Shown here piece after piece: positions 38,301 through 49,438 of a stretch of DNA of 64,000 nt. The DNA lies in NCBI GenBank assembly GCA_964016885.1, contig OZ024750.1:3782001-3846000 (forward strand), given 5' to 3'. Below the pieces are notes generated by a model that saw only the letters and a list, made by a program, of their open reading frames with translations, did no database searches and had not been told where the DNA came from. How positions within the stretch are numbered: the stretch's first letter is position 1; each line of letters begins with the position of its first letter. Source of the stretch: Eledone cirrhosa. Lineage: Eukaryota. The position numbers and the translations under genes are program-made.

Positions 38301-41300
38301 CTAATGTATTGCTCAAGACACTAGGGCTACTCAGGAATCTACTTTCTCCCAAAACAGTAAGTTGATTCAATCACATACCTTTATCATTAGTAATGATATT
38401 AACTACCAAATGACCTGCCAATAATATTTTAATGTCATGTAGCTTTTTTTTCTTTCATTTCTACTTAAAGCTTGTAAACGAAAGCTTTTCTTGCTGTAGG
38501 TTTGATAAAATCTTAGGGAGAAATGTTGGTCTAACCTAACATATTTTTTCTTTTGCCTTTTGATTGTTTCACATATCTGTTGTGTGTGAATCTGGAACAT
38601 ATAGGCACAGAGAGTTATATATAGATATTCTGGTCCATTTAACTAACAGAAACGTAGCACTACTTTGTGTTAATTCGTTAACTAATGATATTATTGAGAA
38701 CAATAATTAATATTTTAAAAAGAAATTAGCATAACCTTCTTTGTTGAAGCAAATTAATTAGGCTAAACCTTTTACTAACATTTTGCGCTTACAAATTAAT
38801 GGCTTTTTTTACCTTTTGCAAATTTGAAAACTCAGACTTTTTAAAAAATATATTGGAAATGGGTTGTAATTGTAACTGCTTTGCAGTTTTTTTTTTTTGG
38901 CGTTTTTGTTTTGTTTTACTTCATTTCTCGGCTTCCGAGTGTAGGGAGAAAATGTATGCGTGTTTTCCAATATGCATTGATTAATATTGATTCAAGGAGT
39001 TTCTGATATTGTTAAAGGAAGAAACTCTGTGAAGTGTTGTTTCTACTGAATGAAGTGTGTTCATAAAAGACTTTGTTCGAGTTATCTAACATATTCAAGA
39101 GAAAGGTTTTAAATTATTTAAAACCTATTTAACTTTATATATTAAGCATGTTTTGCAACGTGAGGACCAGAAACAGGAGGTGTTCAAGATTGCGAGGCAG
39201 TGTGTCAGAGAGAATTGTGATGTCATTGGAGAGAAGTGTATCCGGAATGATAAAGGTGAGCTTGCCCTCACAAGTGCTGAGAAGAAAGATGCATGGAAGA
39301 GTCATTATGATAGATTACTAAATGAGGAGAATGCATGGGAAGAAGAGACCCTACCCCAAGTATACCCTATAGAGGGGCCAGCAGTACAAGCGAGCAGCAA
39401 CGTAGTAAGTAAGGCAATCAAAGATATGAAGATGGGGAAGGCAACCGGTCCATCGGGTATAGTTGCCGAGATGCTGAAGGCATCTGGGTCTGTAGGTCAC
39501 ACTATAACCACACGTATTGTTAACCAAGTAATACTAGAAGGTGTCATACCAAAAGATTGGTGCAGTAGCATCATTGTCAACTGCTACAAAGGTAAAGGTG
39601 ATGCACTAGATAGAGGAAACTATAGAGCTATAAAGCTGATGGACCAGGTCATGAAAGTAACAGAAAGAGTTATAGCACAGTTGATTAGGGACCGGGTGAA
39701 ACTAGACGAGATGCAATTTGGGTTTGTACCAGGAAGAGGCACCACTGATGCCCTCTTCCTTGTGAGGCAGTTACAGGAAAAGTACCTAGCTAAAAGTAAG
39801 CCACTCTACCTGGCATTTGTCGACCTTGAGAAAGCCTTTGACAGAGTTCCACGTGCTGTAATCTGGTGGGCTCTTAGAAAACTAGGAGTAGATGAATGGC
39901 TTGTGAAAGCGGTACAAGCCATGTATAGGGGAGCAGTCAGCAAAGTTAGGATTAGCAATGAGTATAGCGAGGAATTTAGCGTACAGGTTGGGGTCCACCA
40001 GGGCTCTGTTCTTAGCCCCCTCCTGTTCATCATAGTCCTGCAGGCAATAACGGAGGAGTTTAAGACCGGATGCCCATGGGAACTCCTGTATGCTGATGAC
40101 CTCGCACTTATAGCTGAATCTATGGTAGAACTAGAGAATAAATTCCAAACTTGGAAGCAGGGACTAGAAAGAAAGGGTCTCAAAGTCAACATGACAAAGA
40201 CTAAGGTCCTTGTAAGTAGACGAGAAAACAGAACCCAGATCCCCTCAGGGAAATGGCCTTGCTCAGTATGTAGGAAAGGTGTAGGTAGGAACTCCATTCT
40301 CTGCCCCAAATGCAAACAATGGGTACACAAGAGATGTAGCGGGATCTCAGGAAGCTTAATTAAGAATGTAGGCTTCACATGCAGCAGCTGTGCTGGGACA
40401 GCAAGCAACAAACAGCCACAGGAAACAAGTACCACCAATCTCTGGGAGGGCTCTGTAGAAACAGTAGACAGCTTCTGCTACCTAGGTGACCGAATTAGCA
40501 GCGGAGGTGGGTGTTCAGAAAGTACAATAACTAGGGTAAGAACGGGATGGAAGAAGTTTAGGGAACTACTACCACTACTAGCTGCAAAAGGCTTCTCCCT
40601 CAGAATGAAAGGCAGACTGTATGATACGTGTATCTGAACAGCGATGTTGCATGGTAGTGAGACCTGGGCGCTGAAGGTGGAAGACTTACATAGATTAGAG
40701 AGAAACGAAGCCTGGATGCTCCGATGGATGTGTAACAGTAATATACGTGAACGACAAAGCATAAATGAATTGAGAGAGAGACTGAGCATAAGAGGAATCA
40801 AATGCTGTGTGCAGGAGAGGCGGTTGCGCTGGTATGGACATGTGATGCGTATGAAGGATGACAGCTGCATAAAAAGGTGCAGAGCACTAGAAGTCGATGG
40901 AAACTGCAGAGTGGGGAGACCCAAGATGACCTGGGATGAGGTGATAAAAGCCGACCTTACCCAATTACACCTCTCAAAGGCGATGACACACGACCGTGAC
41001 CTCTGGCGTCACGCAGTAATACAGAGTACCCGACCTCCCATGGGTACAAGCTGAAGCATATAGACAATATGCCCCCACACCCCTCACTGCAAGGTGGTCG
41101 TGGAGGTGCCACAGCAAAAAAGCACCCAGCCCACACTGTAAAGTGGACGTGTAGGTGCCACGAAAAAGCACCCAGCACTCACTGTAAATGAGGTTGGTGT
41201 TAGGAAGGGCATCCAGCTGTAGAAATCAAGCCAAATCAGTTCCTGTATGAGCAAGGCATGGTCAGCCGACCAGACACTGCCCACAACAGGACAACCCGTC

Positions 41301-44300
41301 TAACCCATGCTAGCGTGGAAGAATGGACGTAAAATGGTGATGATGATGATGATATTAAGCCTTTCAAGTCACAAATTTGCTTACTTGCATTAACTATTAT
41401 TGTTGTTTTTTCTTTCCTTTTGTATTGTGATGGTGATGGTTCTATAAATGTAAAATATTTAGATGGATTTTTGGAGCATGTCTTTTTATATCTTGTTATT
41501 CTTCACACTAACTATTAAAGGTGGGGTGGCTCTTGTTCATTCATGTGCTAGTTTATAGAGTGTACTAGGTGTATCATCATCATTATCGTTTAACGTCTAT
41601 CTTCCACGCTAGCATGGGTTAGACGGGAGTTGTCCCACTAGAGGCAAGATTGGTAGGGTGACCGTGTCTTGCTTGTATAGGCAGGTTTTCTACGGTTGGA
41701 TGCCCTTCCTAACACCAACCACATTTATAGTGTGGACTGGGAACTTTTTACCGTGTTACCTGCACGACCTCAATCTCAATCTGTAGTGTATATATAATAT
41801 ATTGTGACCTGATATATTATATATCCTAACTTCTATGACTGCCTTCATTTAAACATCCATTTTGGGTCTTCTCCAGTGACATTTGTTGCTACTCATTGCG
41901 TTTCTTTGTCATCTCCTTCATGAGGTTCAATTTTTAGAAATAAGTCTTCACCACTTTGTTCCATGTTTTCCTTGGCATTTGTCTTCCTCAAGTTTCGGGG
42001 GTCAATATTTTGATGATTTTCACTGACTTCAATTCTATGTAAATTAGGTTATGATTTTTGCCCATTTCTCTGGCATAAAATAGTGGAGTCGGATTATATT
42101 CAAATATAAGGTGTTGATGAATGGCTTGCGAGAGCTATACAAGCCATGTATAAAGAAACAGTCAGCAAGGTTAGAATTAACAACGAATATAGTGAAGAGT
42201 TTAGCGAAAAAGTTGGTGTTCATCGGGGCTCTGTTCTTAGCCCCCTACTATTTATTATCTCCCTTCAGGCTATAACAGTGGAGTTCAAGACCGACTGCCC
42301 GTGGGAACTCCTATACGCAGATGATCTAACGCTCATAGCTGAATCAATGGCCGAACTAGAGAAGAAATTCCAAACATGGAAGCATGGCCTAGAATCAAAA
42401 GGCCTTAAAATTAACCTGTCTAAGACTAAAGTTAAATACACAAATAACACATTTTAACTGTAAACTAACATCCGACCTTAACAACCAGATTGTATTCTGA
42501 TTGTTCTAGAAGTCTGGCACTAATGGCCAGAACATTGAAAGTCTAGAATGACACAATATGAACAGAAATGTAAATAGCATTCTCATCCCAAGCTTCTCTC
42601 CCATCATCAACATCATTGTCATCATCACTGTTTAACGTCTATTTTCCTTGCTTGTATGGGTTAAATGGGTTGACACATACTGAGGCTAGACAGGTCAGGT
42701 GACTACGTCTTGCTCGTGTACTCCTTTTTTGGTTTGGGATCAGCGGTTGGATGACTATATTGAAGCCAACCATTTTACAGTGTTTACTGGGAACATTTTA
42801 AGAAGAAGATATTAACAATATGAAATAAATCTATAATATCGGTATAAACTATTAATTCAGACAATAGCACTGGTAATGTCATGAACTGTTGTTGTTACTG
42901 TGGAACTTTGAACAAAAATCATAAACCACTAACATTAGAAATGATAATGGAATTTAAACCCAGAATATATCTATGTTTTCAGTTATCTATTTATGCCTCC
43001 CACCCCTTCTTTCTCTCTCTCATTTTGTTTATACATTCATCTTTTTCATGTTGGCATGGGTAGGGTGAGACATTTTTTTAAAGGCAGCTTCACTTCCTGA
43101 TACCAACCCTCTGCGTTTTTTGTTGTTGTTTTTTTTTGTTTTTTTTGCATGTCTAACCCCTGAGTCACAGGGTTTCTATCTATACAAGACATAAACATCA
43201 CCAGCTACACGTGGAAACAAATCCCCCCCCCCCACCACCACCACACACACACACATTTATCATCATCATCACCATTATCATCTTTACATCCACTTTTCTC
43301 TTTCCTCTGTCATTTCCTTTGTGAGTTTCAGTATCCTAAGCTTGGTAGTCACTTCTGCCAATGTTTTCTTCTTCGCTGCATTCTTTCTACTTGGAACTCC
43401 TGGCACTTCTTCACTCCAGTCATCATCCATATATACATCACAAGACAGTAGTAGCACAACCTTCTCTCCTGCATGCAACATCTGATTCATTTTATGAACC
43501 AGTTTTTTCTCTCAACATATCCATACTTTGTTATTCATACACACTGTTATTACAAATCCAAGGGAGCATAATTGCAAATGTCCATGTCTCACTGCCATGT
43601 AGCATCACACTTTACATGCAGGCATCACATTATCTTCCCATTTACCTGAAAAGAGAATCTCTTTATTGCTAGCAGAGATAACAGTGCCCTCCCTAAACCT
43701 ATTTGTTATAACAGAATTTTACCTGTATATCATTATTGGTGTCAACACAATTTGTTTTATGTTGTCAGGTGTTTCCATCTTCTTTGCAATTTCCATCACC
43801 TTGAAATGTATGACAGTTGTAGTGACTCCAGCATGAATCCTTCTGTATTCTTTCACTCACTTTTTGGAAATTCTGCAGATTTTCCCCCTTCCCCAGCCTA
43901 CCTTCACTGTTGGCATGGATTGAAGTTTTTACTTATTTTTACAATTTAGCAAGATGTTAAACTCAGAACATGCAAAATGCTAATCAGCTGCTTGGTTCCA
44001 ATTTTCTTCTCCATCCAAGACTATCTTAAGGTTCTCTGTACTTGTCTATGGTGTCCCCTTACATGCCATGGTCAACAACAAATCCTTCATTATGAAGTGT
44101 TTTACTCAAGAACAGAACACACAACCCAATCCAGGAATGAAACCCATGACATTATGATTGTAAGTCCAACACCCTTACCACTAGGCCACACCCTTCCACA
44201 GAAGTAGGAATGGTAATAATGAATAGGTAACCAATAATATAATGTGTGATATTAACTGGAGCAGCAAAGAATTTGTTTGGGTTCATTAATAAACAATGTC

Positions 44301-47300
44301 TACCTGTAATAGTAGGTGAATATTAGGCTCTGACTTGTTTAACCCTTTACCATTTACATTACTCTATATATACTATTGTATTTTCACAGTAAAGGCTTTA
44401 CCTCACATAATACCTCACATAACATTTACATTACTCTATATATACTATTGTATTTTTGTGGTAAAGGCTTTACATTTCATAATTATCTGACATAATAACA
44501 AATCTACAAGATTTTGATGGTATTTATTTTGAGAACAATGCCGTAACATAAGTATGAGCAGCCAGTTACGGCTGGTTTGAACAGAAAGTGGTGAGAGAAT
44601 TCTGGCCAGATACAGCTGGTTTAAAAGCTAAAAGGTTAAAGTGGATGCTATCATCTATCGTTCAATATGAATTTCAAGACCAAGGGTGGTGGATTGGAAG
44701 AATAGGTAGTGTCGAATGAAGTGCCATTGCATAAGTACTACTATTTTGTTGAAAGCAGAGTATTTCTCATTAATTGTAATAAGGATGTGGTGATGAATCT
44801 ACAGTGATTGTTATATCAGTTTATATAATAATGTTTTTTTGTGGGATTTTCAAACTAGTTTCTATTTATTCCAGAAGGTTACAAGCATTACCTCTCTCTT
44901 TGCAAATAGTTAAACTTCAATGATATGACCAGGGTCCTTTATCATTTAAAACAGCCAAGAAAACCTACAAGATGGAACATCATAGGAGACTGACTAAAAC
45001 TACACAGATGTGAACTGTAACAACAACAATAACAGCAACAACAACATTGTTATTGTTCATTAGTTATACTGTCATGGTCTTCATTAAAGAGTTGCTGCAC
45101 AAGTCCTGCCTTCCATCTTTTTTTCTTTTTTTCATTATTGAGCCATTCCTCTTTTTAAGGTGAAGCATTCATTTTGCTTTTTTAATGGCTAGAATATATG
45201 TGGCTTGTTACACTTGTATCCAGGCCACTGATGTTGTACGAGGGAAAGACTATGGCTGATACAGTTTGGTACCAGTGATGTTACAACACATTTCTACAGC
45301 TGAGTAAACTGGAGCTATGTGAAATAAAGTGTTTTGTTCAAGGACAACAACGCATCACCCGGTCTGAGAATTGAACTTACAACCTAAGCTGTGTGCCTTC
45401 ACTGAAGGTCTTCCATCTTACAATGGGAAAACGAATTGCAAAAAGTAGTGCGTGTTTGCATGTATGTGTGTCTGTGTGTGTATGTGTCTGTCTGTGTGTG
45501 TGTACATGGTCCCAATTATATACCACTTTCCATATTCTGTTTCTGTTATTTTACAGCACATTGACAATGTCATGACCAGCTACGGTGAACAAATTATGCA
45601 GGCAGTTGTTTTTATCTTGGAGGGTGAACATGGTGTTGATATCAAGGAGCAGGTATGTTACAATACTTATTGAACAGCTTGTGTAGACACTCCTAACTTT
45701 AGAAGTTGTCTTCATTTAATATATTAGATTTGTTTAGTTACCGTGCAGGGTTAGATTTCATCATTATCACCATTTAACATCCATGAGACAAGTTTGGCCA
45801 GATTGGTCACACTGTACCTTGCTCAGACGGAACTATGAAATTTGGCCAGGACTTTTACACACACAAACTTCTTTACAGTTTCCATATAGTAAATTCAATC
45901 ACCAAAACATTAATTTGCCTATGGCTATAGTAGAAGGCCAAGGTGCTGTGCAGTGTGTGATTGAACCTGAAATCTGATGGTTGCAAAGTAAACTTCTCAA
46001 CCATGCAGTCATGCCTCTACCTATTGGCTATATTCCAGTAACCTTTAATAACTCACTTATATTTTTACTATTTCAATCTCTTGTAACTTTTGTCTCACTA
46101 CTGGAGTAAAACCAAATTCTGCTTGATAGGACCAACAGGGTTGTGGTCAGGACCAACAGGGTTGTGGTCAGGACCAACAGGGTTGTGGTTAGGACCAACA
46201 GGGCTGTGGTCAGGACCAACAGGGTTGTGGTCAGGACCAACAAGGTTGTGGTCAGGACCAACAGGGCTGTGGTCAGGACCAACAGGGTTGTGGTCAGGAC
46301 CAACAGGGTTGTGGTCAGGACCAACAAGGTTGTGGTCAGGACCAACAGGGCTGTGATCAGGACCAACAGGGTTGTGGTCAGGACCAACAGGGTTGTGGTT
46401 ATTCTTAAAAATTATATATTTTTCTTCCTCCAAAGGCTTTGTGTATATTGGGTCATATTGCTGATGGAAAGACTGCTAAGGGTTACATCGTGGAGAATGA
46501 AGATGTTCTTCGAAAATTAATCAATTATATGGTAAGTCATGTTCATCTTTTCCACCTTTGAAACAACTGAAATAAGGATTAATTTCAAACCAGAATTAAT
46601 TATATTCTGCATTATTGAGATTCTTAAAACAACATTAATAACTTTTTTTTTTATTATTGCCAACTCCAATATTTCAGTCTTGATATCACTTGATAACACT
46701 TCAGTCTTGATATCACTTGATAACACTTCAGTCTTGATATCACTTGATAACACTTCAGTCTTGATATCACTTGATAACACTTCAGTCTTGATATCACTTG
46801 ATAACACTTCAGTCTTGATAACACTTGATACCACTTCAGTCTTGATAACATAGCCCAAGACACTTCATGGCTGATATATTGGCTTAAAAATGTAGCACTC
46901 TTCTTGGTAAACCAACAAATTCCTAACAAATCAATAATGTTACAGATCACATCTTACTAATGAATCAATCATTCTACCATCATTTAGTCACATATTCCTT
47001 GGCTTATATTTCAGTATATGTGTGTGTGACAGCTCACACCTCTGCAGGTTTAGCTGGCCTCCTGCAAGGTATATCTCGTTGGAGGTGTCTTGGGTGATTT
47101 ATTGATAGGGACCCCACTCCTATCATCTCATTTCTACAGCTGAGTAAACTGGAGCAACATGAAATAAAGTGTCTTGCTCAAGGAAACAACACATCCCCCG
47201 GTCCGAGAATTGCACTCACAACCTTTCGATTGCAAGCCAAATGCTCTAACCACTAAGCCATGCGCCTTCACATATTTCAGTATATATTGTGGTATATTTA

Positions 47301-49438
47301 ATTTTGCTGTAAAATAAGTTCTGTGTAATAACCCTGATAGAGAAAATGTTGAGTCTGACAGGTTTCATCAGTTTTTATATTGTCAAGTGTTTTCTAATCT
47401 AATCATATGTATGTGTGTTGATATATATGGAATTAATTGTATTTTTATTTACATTCCTTTCTGCTGCATCAGGTACACAATAATGAAAAAGTCCAACTAG
47501 CTGCAGTCTATTGCATCTGTAACCTGGTGTGGAATGATGATGATGGTATGTTGTTTTTAAATCAAGATCACACAATACTTCAGATATTTCTAGGATAAAA
47601 TTACATAAAAATAATAAATAATTTAATATTTAGTCAAACATATAGAAAAATAAAGTAGCATTGGAACGTGGGCAGTGTCTGGTCGGCTGACCATGCCTTG
47701 CTCATACAGGAACTGATTTGGCTTGATTTCTACAGCTGGATGCCCTTCCTAACACCAACCTCATTTACAGTGAGTGCTGGGTGCTTTTTCGTGGCGCCTA
47801 CACGTCCACTTTACAGTGTGGGCTGGGTACTTTTTTGCCATGGCACCTCCATGACCACCTTGCAGTGGGATGGTGTGGGGGCATATTGTCTATATGCTTC
47901 AGCCTGTACCCATGGGAGGTCGGGTACTCTGTATTACTGCGTGACGCCAGAGGTCACGGTCGTGTGTCATCGCCTTTGAGAGGTGTAATTGGGTAAGGTC
48001 GGCTTTTATCACCTCATTCCAGGTCTTCTTGGGTCTCCCCACTCCGCGGTTTCCATTGACTTCTAGTGCTCTGCACCTTTTTATGCAGCTGTCATCCTTC
48101 ATACGCATCACATGTCCATACCAACGCAACCGTCTCTCCTGCACACAGCATTTGATTCCTCTTATGCTCAGTCTCTCTCTCAATTCATTTATGCTTTGTC
48201 GTTCGCGTATATTACTATTACACATCCATCGGAGCATGCAGGCTTCATTTCTCTCTAATCTACGTAAGTCTTCCACCTTCAGCGCCCAGATCTCACTACC
48301 ATGTAACATTGCTGTTCGGATACTTATGTAAGATAAAGACTTTATTGTGAAAATACAATAGAAAATATAGAATAATGTAAATGCTAAAGGGTTAAATTAT
48401 AAACCTGTAAAATAGGTAGTTTTATTTCATAGAACCAGAGCTGGTTTTGGCCAGGTTGATAACTAAAGGGTTACATGAATTCATGTTTTTCTGTTTACTT
48501 TAGGGTCGGCAGAAAGACAAGCGCGGCTGCGAGATTTAGGTGTTCAGAAATCTCTTCAACAACTGTCCACAACAACTACAGGGGATCTGCAACAAAGGTT
48601 TGTCATGTTTGATTTCTTCTTCTTCTTCTTTGTCCACTTATTCCTGAGAGGGCTGTAGGGGCAGAGTCCTCAAACACTGCTGTTTAAACAGACGTGAAGT
48701 GTTAGTTCTACCAATGGTCTTTGTGGCTGAGTGGTGTAAACCACAGGAATGGGAAACAAGTTCACCTGCTTGAGGAGAAAAACATTAGGACGACACCTAG
48801 CAATCATGACCTAGGTAGACCCCAGCCCCCTTAGAGTGTTAGGAGGAATCAAGGGCTGAAACACTTGTTTGATGGGAATTCTTCCTCTGAAGGTCCTCCT
48901 GTTGTCCACTCACCCCTCATTTCACTCAACCATGTCATTTCAAAGTCAACAGTAGCTGTCAGTTTAATATTAAGACAGTAGAGATGTTAATTTGGTTCTG
49001 TTACAATAATATTGGCCACTTAATGGCTGTACTGATGTTATGTTAGATTCTGAGGAAGAGAGGGTGCAGCACAATTCAACCCCTTTAAATGTGATCCAAT
49101 TATAGTCCGATCAGAACCAACCACTCTATATACTTGAATATAAACCAAGGAATATGTGGTCAAGAAATTGATGGTAAAATATGAAGGGGTGGGGAGTAGC
49201 TTATATACGCCATCTAAACAATTTGTTGATTAGCTGCCTCGGCTTATAAAAGGGGTTTGGATATTTGCCTATTTCCCAAACATAAAATAGAGAGGAGGAG
49301 GAGGGTCTGCTTATATTTGAATATATATGGCGGTTTCAGTGAAAACGAATAACTACCATTTTGGAAATTTTAAATTCTAAACACCTGATTTTTTTCTTAT
49401 GTTTCAGGGTGAAGCTAGCTCTTCAGCAATTTTCCTGA
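15146..49438 (+). CDS. ARMC8: Armadillo repeat-containing protein 8 (CTLH/GID complex subunit), 20 coding exons
   Basis: Exons join in phase to about 663-665 aa. Peptides match recalled ARMC8: [74 protein letters not shown]. Confidence 0.95.
17425..17498 (+). CDS. ARMC8: ARMC8 exon 2
   Basis: tttag|[24 protein letters not shown]|gtaagt. Confidence 0.85.
18259..18330 (+). CDS. ARMC8: ARMC8 exon 3
   Basis: acag|[23 protein letters not shown]|gtaaag. Confidence 0.92.
19099..19241 (+). CDS. ARMC8: ARMC8 exon 4 (3' end at 19241 with a GC donor, or 19247 with a GT donor)
   Basis: tcag|LLQWMM...[16 protein letters not shown]...PILLA; donor ambiguous. Confidence 0.85.
19712..19809 (+). CDS. ARMC8: ARMC8 exon 5
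   Basis: tcag|[20 protein letters not shown]...HIFE|gtgagt. Confidence 0.92.
20420..21152 (+). mobile_element. Non-autonomous Helitron in ARMC8 intron 5
   Basis: Starts A|TCTATATATATAAAA; ends with a degenerate hairpin cccatgcaacgccagg then CTAG|T; internal duplication of the 5' block at about 20688; no TSD. Confidence 0.75.
21230..21322 (+). CDS. ARMC8: ARMC8 exon 6
   Basis: tcag|[31 protein letters not shown]|gtaatc. Confidence 0.92.
21873..21953 (+). CDS. ARMC8: ARMC8 exon 7
   Basis: ttag|[27 protein letters not shown]|gtaaga. Confidence 0.92.
22048..22210 (+). repeat. Five tandem ~33-bp copies of the exon 8 3' splice-site module
   Basis: Unit acatataatatatatatttttaggtccaaactta; AGs end at 22070, 22104, 22137, 22169 and 22203. 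Confidence 0.9.
22204..22282 (+). CDS. ARMC8: ARMC8 exon 8
   Basis: ttag|[26 protein letters not shown]|gtaagt. Confidence 0.9.
22431..22582 (+). CDS. ARMC8: ARMC8 exon 9
   Basis: ttag|...[23 protein letters not shown]...IMLK|gtgagt. Confidence 0.92.
23018..23227 (+). CDS. ARMC8: ARMC8 exon 10
   Basis: atag|[11 protein letters not shown]...[11 protein letters not shown]...QKK|gtatgt. Confidence 0.94.
24035..24121 (+). CDS. ARMC8: ARMC8 exon 11
   Basis: tcag|[29 protein letters not shown]|gtaaat. Confidence 0.94.
24708..24872 (+). CDS. ARMC8: ARMC8 exon 12
   Basis: acag|IIETEN...[28 protein letters not shown]|gtagaa. Confidence 0.95.
24942..25180 (+). repeat. Tandem array (about 5 x 42-46 bp) of a LINE/SINE 3'UTR-like module
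   Basis: Repeated gtagtgccagtgccatgataaaatacacccagctctctgtaaagtg, related to aaaagcacccagc...ctgtaaagtgg in the RTE tails. Confidence 0.8.
25464..25550 (+). CDS. ARMC8: ARMC8 exon 13
   Basis: acag|[29 protein letters not shown]|gtaagt. Confidence 0.94.
27126..29600 (+). mobile_element. RTE-clade LINE copy B, 5'-truncated, in ARMC8 intron 13
   Basis: RT ORF 27216-28757 (YADD); stops at 28755, 28872 and 29241; 3'UTR and (ATG)n tail; inserted in (TA)n. Confidence 0.95.
29704..29894. mobile_element. Inverted (head-to-head) PLE pLTR fragments with hammerhead core on +
   Basis: Arms of about 85 bp homologous to 2280-2380; CTGATGA 29794-29800, GAAA 29837, tgtgca-TA. Confidence 0.8.
32066..32193. 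repeat. Long palindrome, probably an inverted PLE pLTR end
   Basis: Arms caacaaatttaatatagaaatggcttctacaggactagaactgttt... / ...aaacagttctagtcctgtagaagccatttctatattaaatttgtt. The adjacent gtactcaatacattagtagag resembles the reverse complement of the PLE tail at about 13690. Confidence 0.8.
32373..32457 (-). ncRNA. Type I hammerhead ribozyme, same PLE family as 2259-2343
   Basis: Minus strand reads catgtctccctattttaa CTGATGA gaacgcaaatatcgtc-ccag-gatgatatttgtttt GAAA tgcgca TA ataaaatacatg. Confidence 0.85.
33690..34100 (-). mobile_element. Decayed RTE/BovB-like LINE 3' fragment
   Basis: Minus strand reads [23 protein letters not shown]...RKLQYF, a post-RT RTE motif. Confidence 0.6.
35674..36020 (+). 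repeat. RTE 3'UTR-derived element with five tandem 45-bp modules and (ATG)n tail
   Basis: Repeated gtaggcgtcacgacaaaaagcacccagcccacactgtgaaatggtcat, then ggtgttaggaagggcatccagctgtag and tail. Confidence 0.8.
37604..37696 (+). CDS. ARMC8: ARMC8 exon 14
   Basis: atag|[31 protein letters not shown]|gtaagt. Confidence 0.94.
38207..38356 (+). CDS. ARMC8: ARMC8 exon 15
   Basis: tcag|NMTFQ...[31 protein letters not shown]|gtaagt. Confidence 0.94.
39144..41353 (+). mobile_element. RTE-clade LINE copy C, 5'-truncated, in ARMC8 intron 15
   Basis: RT ORF 39153-40637 near-identical to copy B; (ATG)n tail; TSD atattaagc at 39139-39147 and 41352-41360. Confidence 0.95.
42110..42432 (+). mobile_element. 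Internal RT fragment of the copy-A RTE subfamily
   Basis: ORF 42146-42457 near-identical to copy A around YADD. Confidence 0.85.
44343..44635. mobile_element. piggyBac-like MITE (TTAA-flanked)
   Basis: TTAA|CCCTTTACCATTTA ... AAAGCTAAAAGG|TTAA; same family as 52326-52530. Confidence 0.7.
45557..45652 (+). CDS. ARMC8: ARMC8 exon 16
   Basis: acag|[32 protein letters not shown]|gtatgt. Confidence 0.94.
46128..46400. repeat. Minisatellite, 13 x 21 bp
   Basis: Unit aggaccaacagggttgtggtc with few variants. Confidence 0.95.
46436..46531 (+). CDS. ARMC8: ARMC8 exon 17
   Basis: caaag|[32 protein letters not shown]|gtaagt. Confidence 0.92.
46673..46850. repeat. Minisatellite, about 6.5 x 27 bp
   Basis: Unit ttcagtcttgatatcacttgataacac. 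Confidence 0.95.
47020..47270 (-). mobile_element. tRNA-derived SINE, full length, (CA)n tail type
   Basis: Minus-strand A box tggcttagtgg, B box-like gtgcaattc, ccttgagcaagacactt core; homologous to 4700-4926. Confidence 0.8.
47473..47545 (+). CDS. ARMC8: ARMC8 exon 18
   Basis: tcag|[24 protein letters not shown]|gtatgt. Confidence 0.92.
47668..48324 (-). mobile_element. RTE LINE copy D (3' part), antisense, in ARMC8 intron 18
   Basis: ORF 47899-48309 near-identical to the C-terminal ORFs of copies B and C, plus the 3'UTR. Confidence 0.92.
48504..48597 (+). CDS. ARMC8: ARMC8 exon 19
   Basis: ttag|[21 protein letters not shown]...DLQQ|gtttgt. Confidence 0.9.
49408..49438 (+). CDS. ARMC8: ARMC8 exon 20 (last coding exon)
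   Basis: tcag|[12 protein letters not shown]; candidate polyA signal AATAAA 49962-49967. Confidence 0.88.

Noticed and set aside
46073-46950. Repetitive ORFs on both strands and a CRISPR-like appearance
   Set aside because: These are head-to-tail 21-bp and 27-bp units without spacers or cas genes. The ORFs arise because unit lengths are multiples of three.
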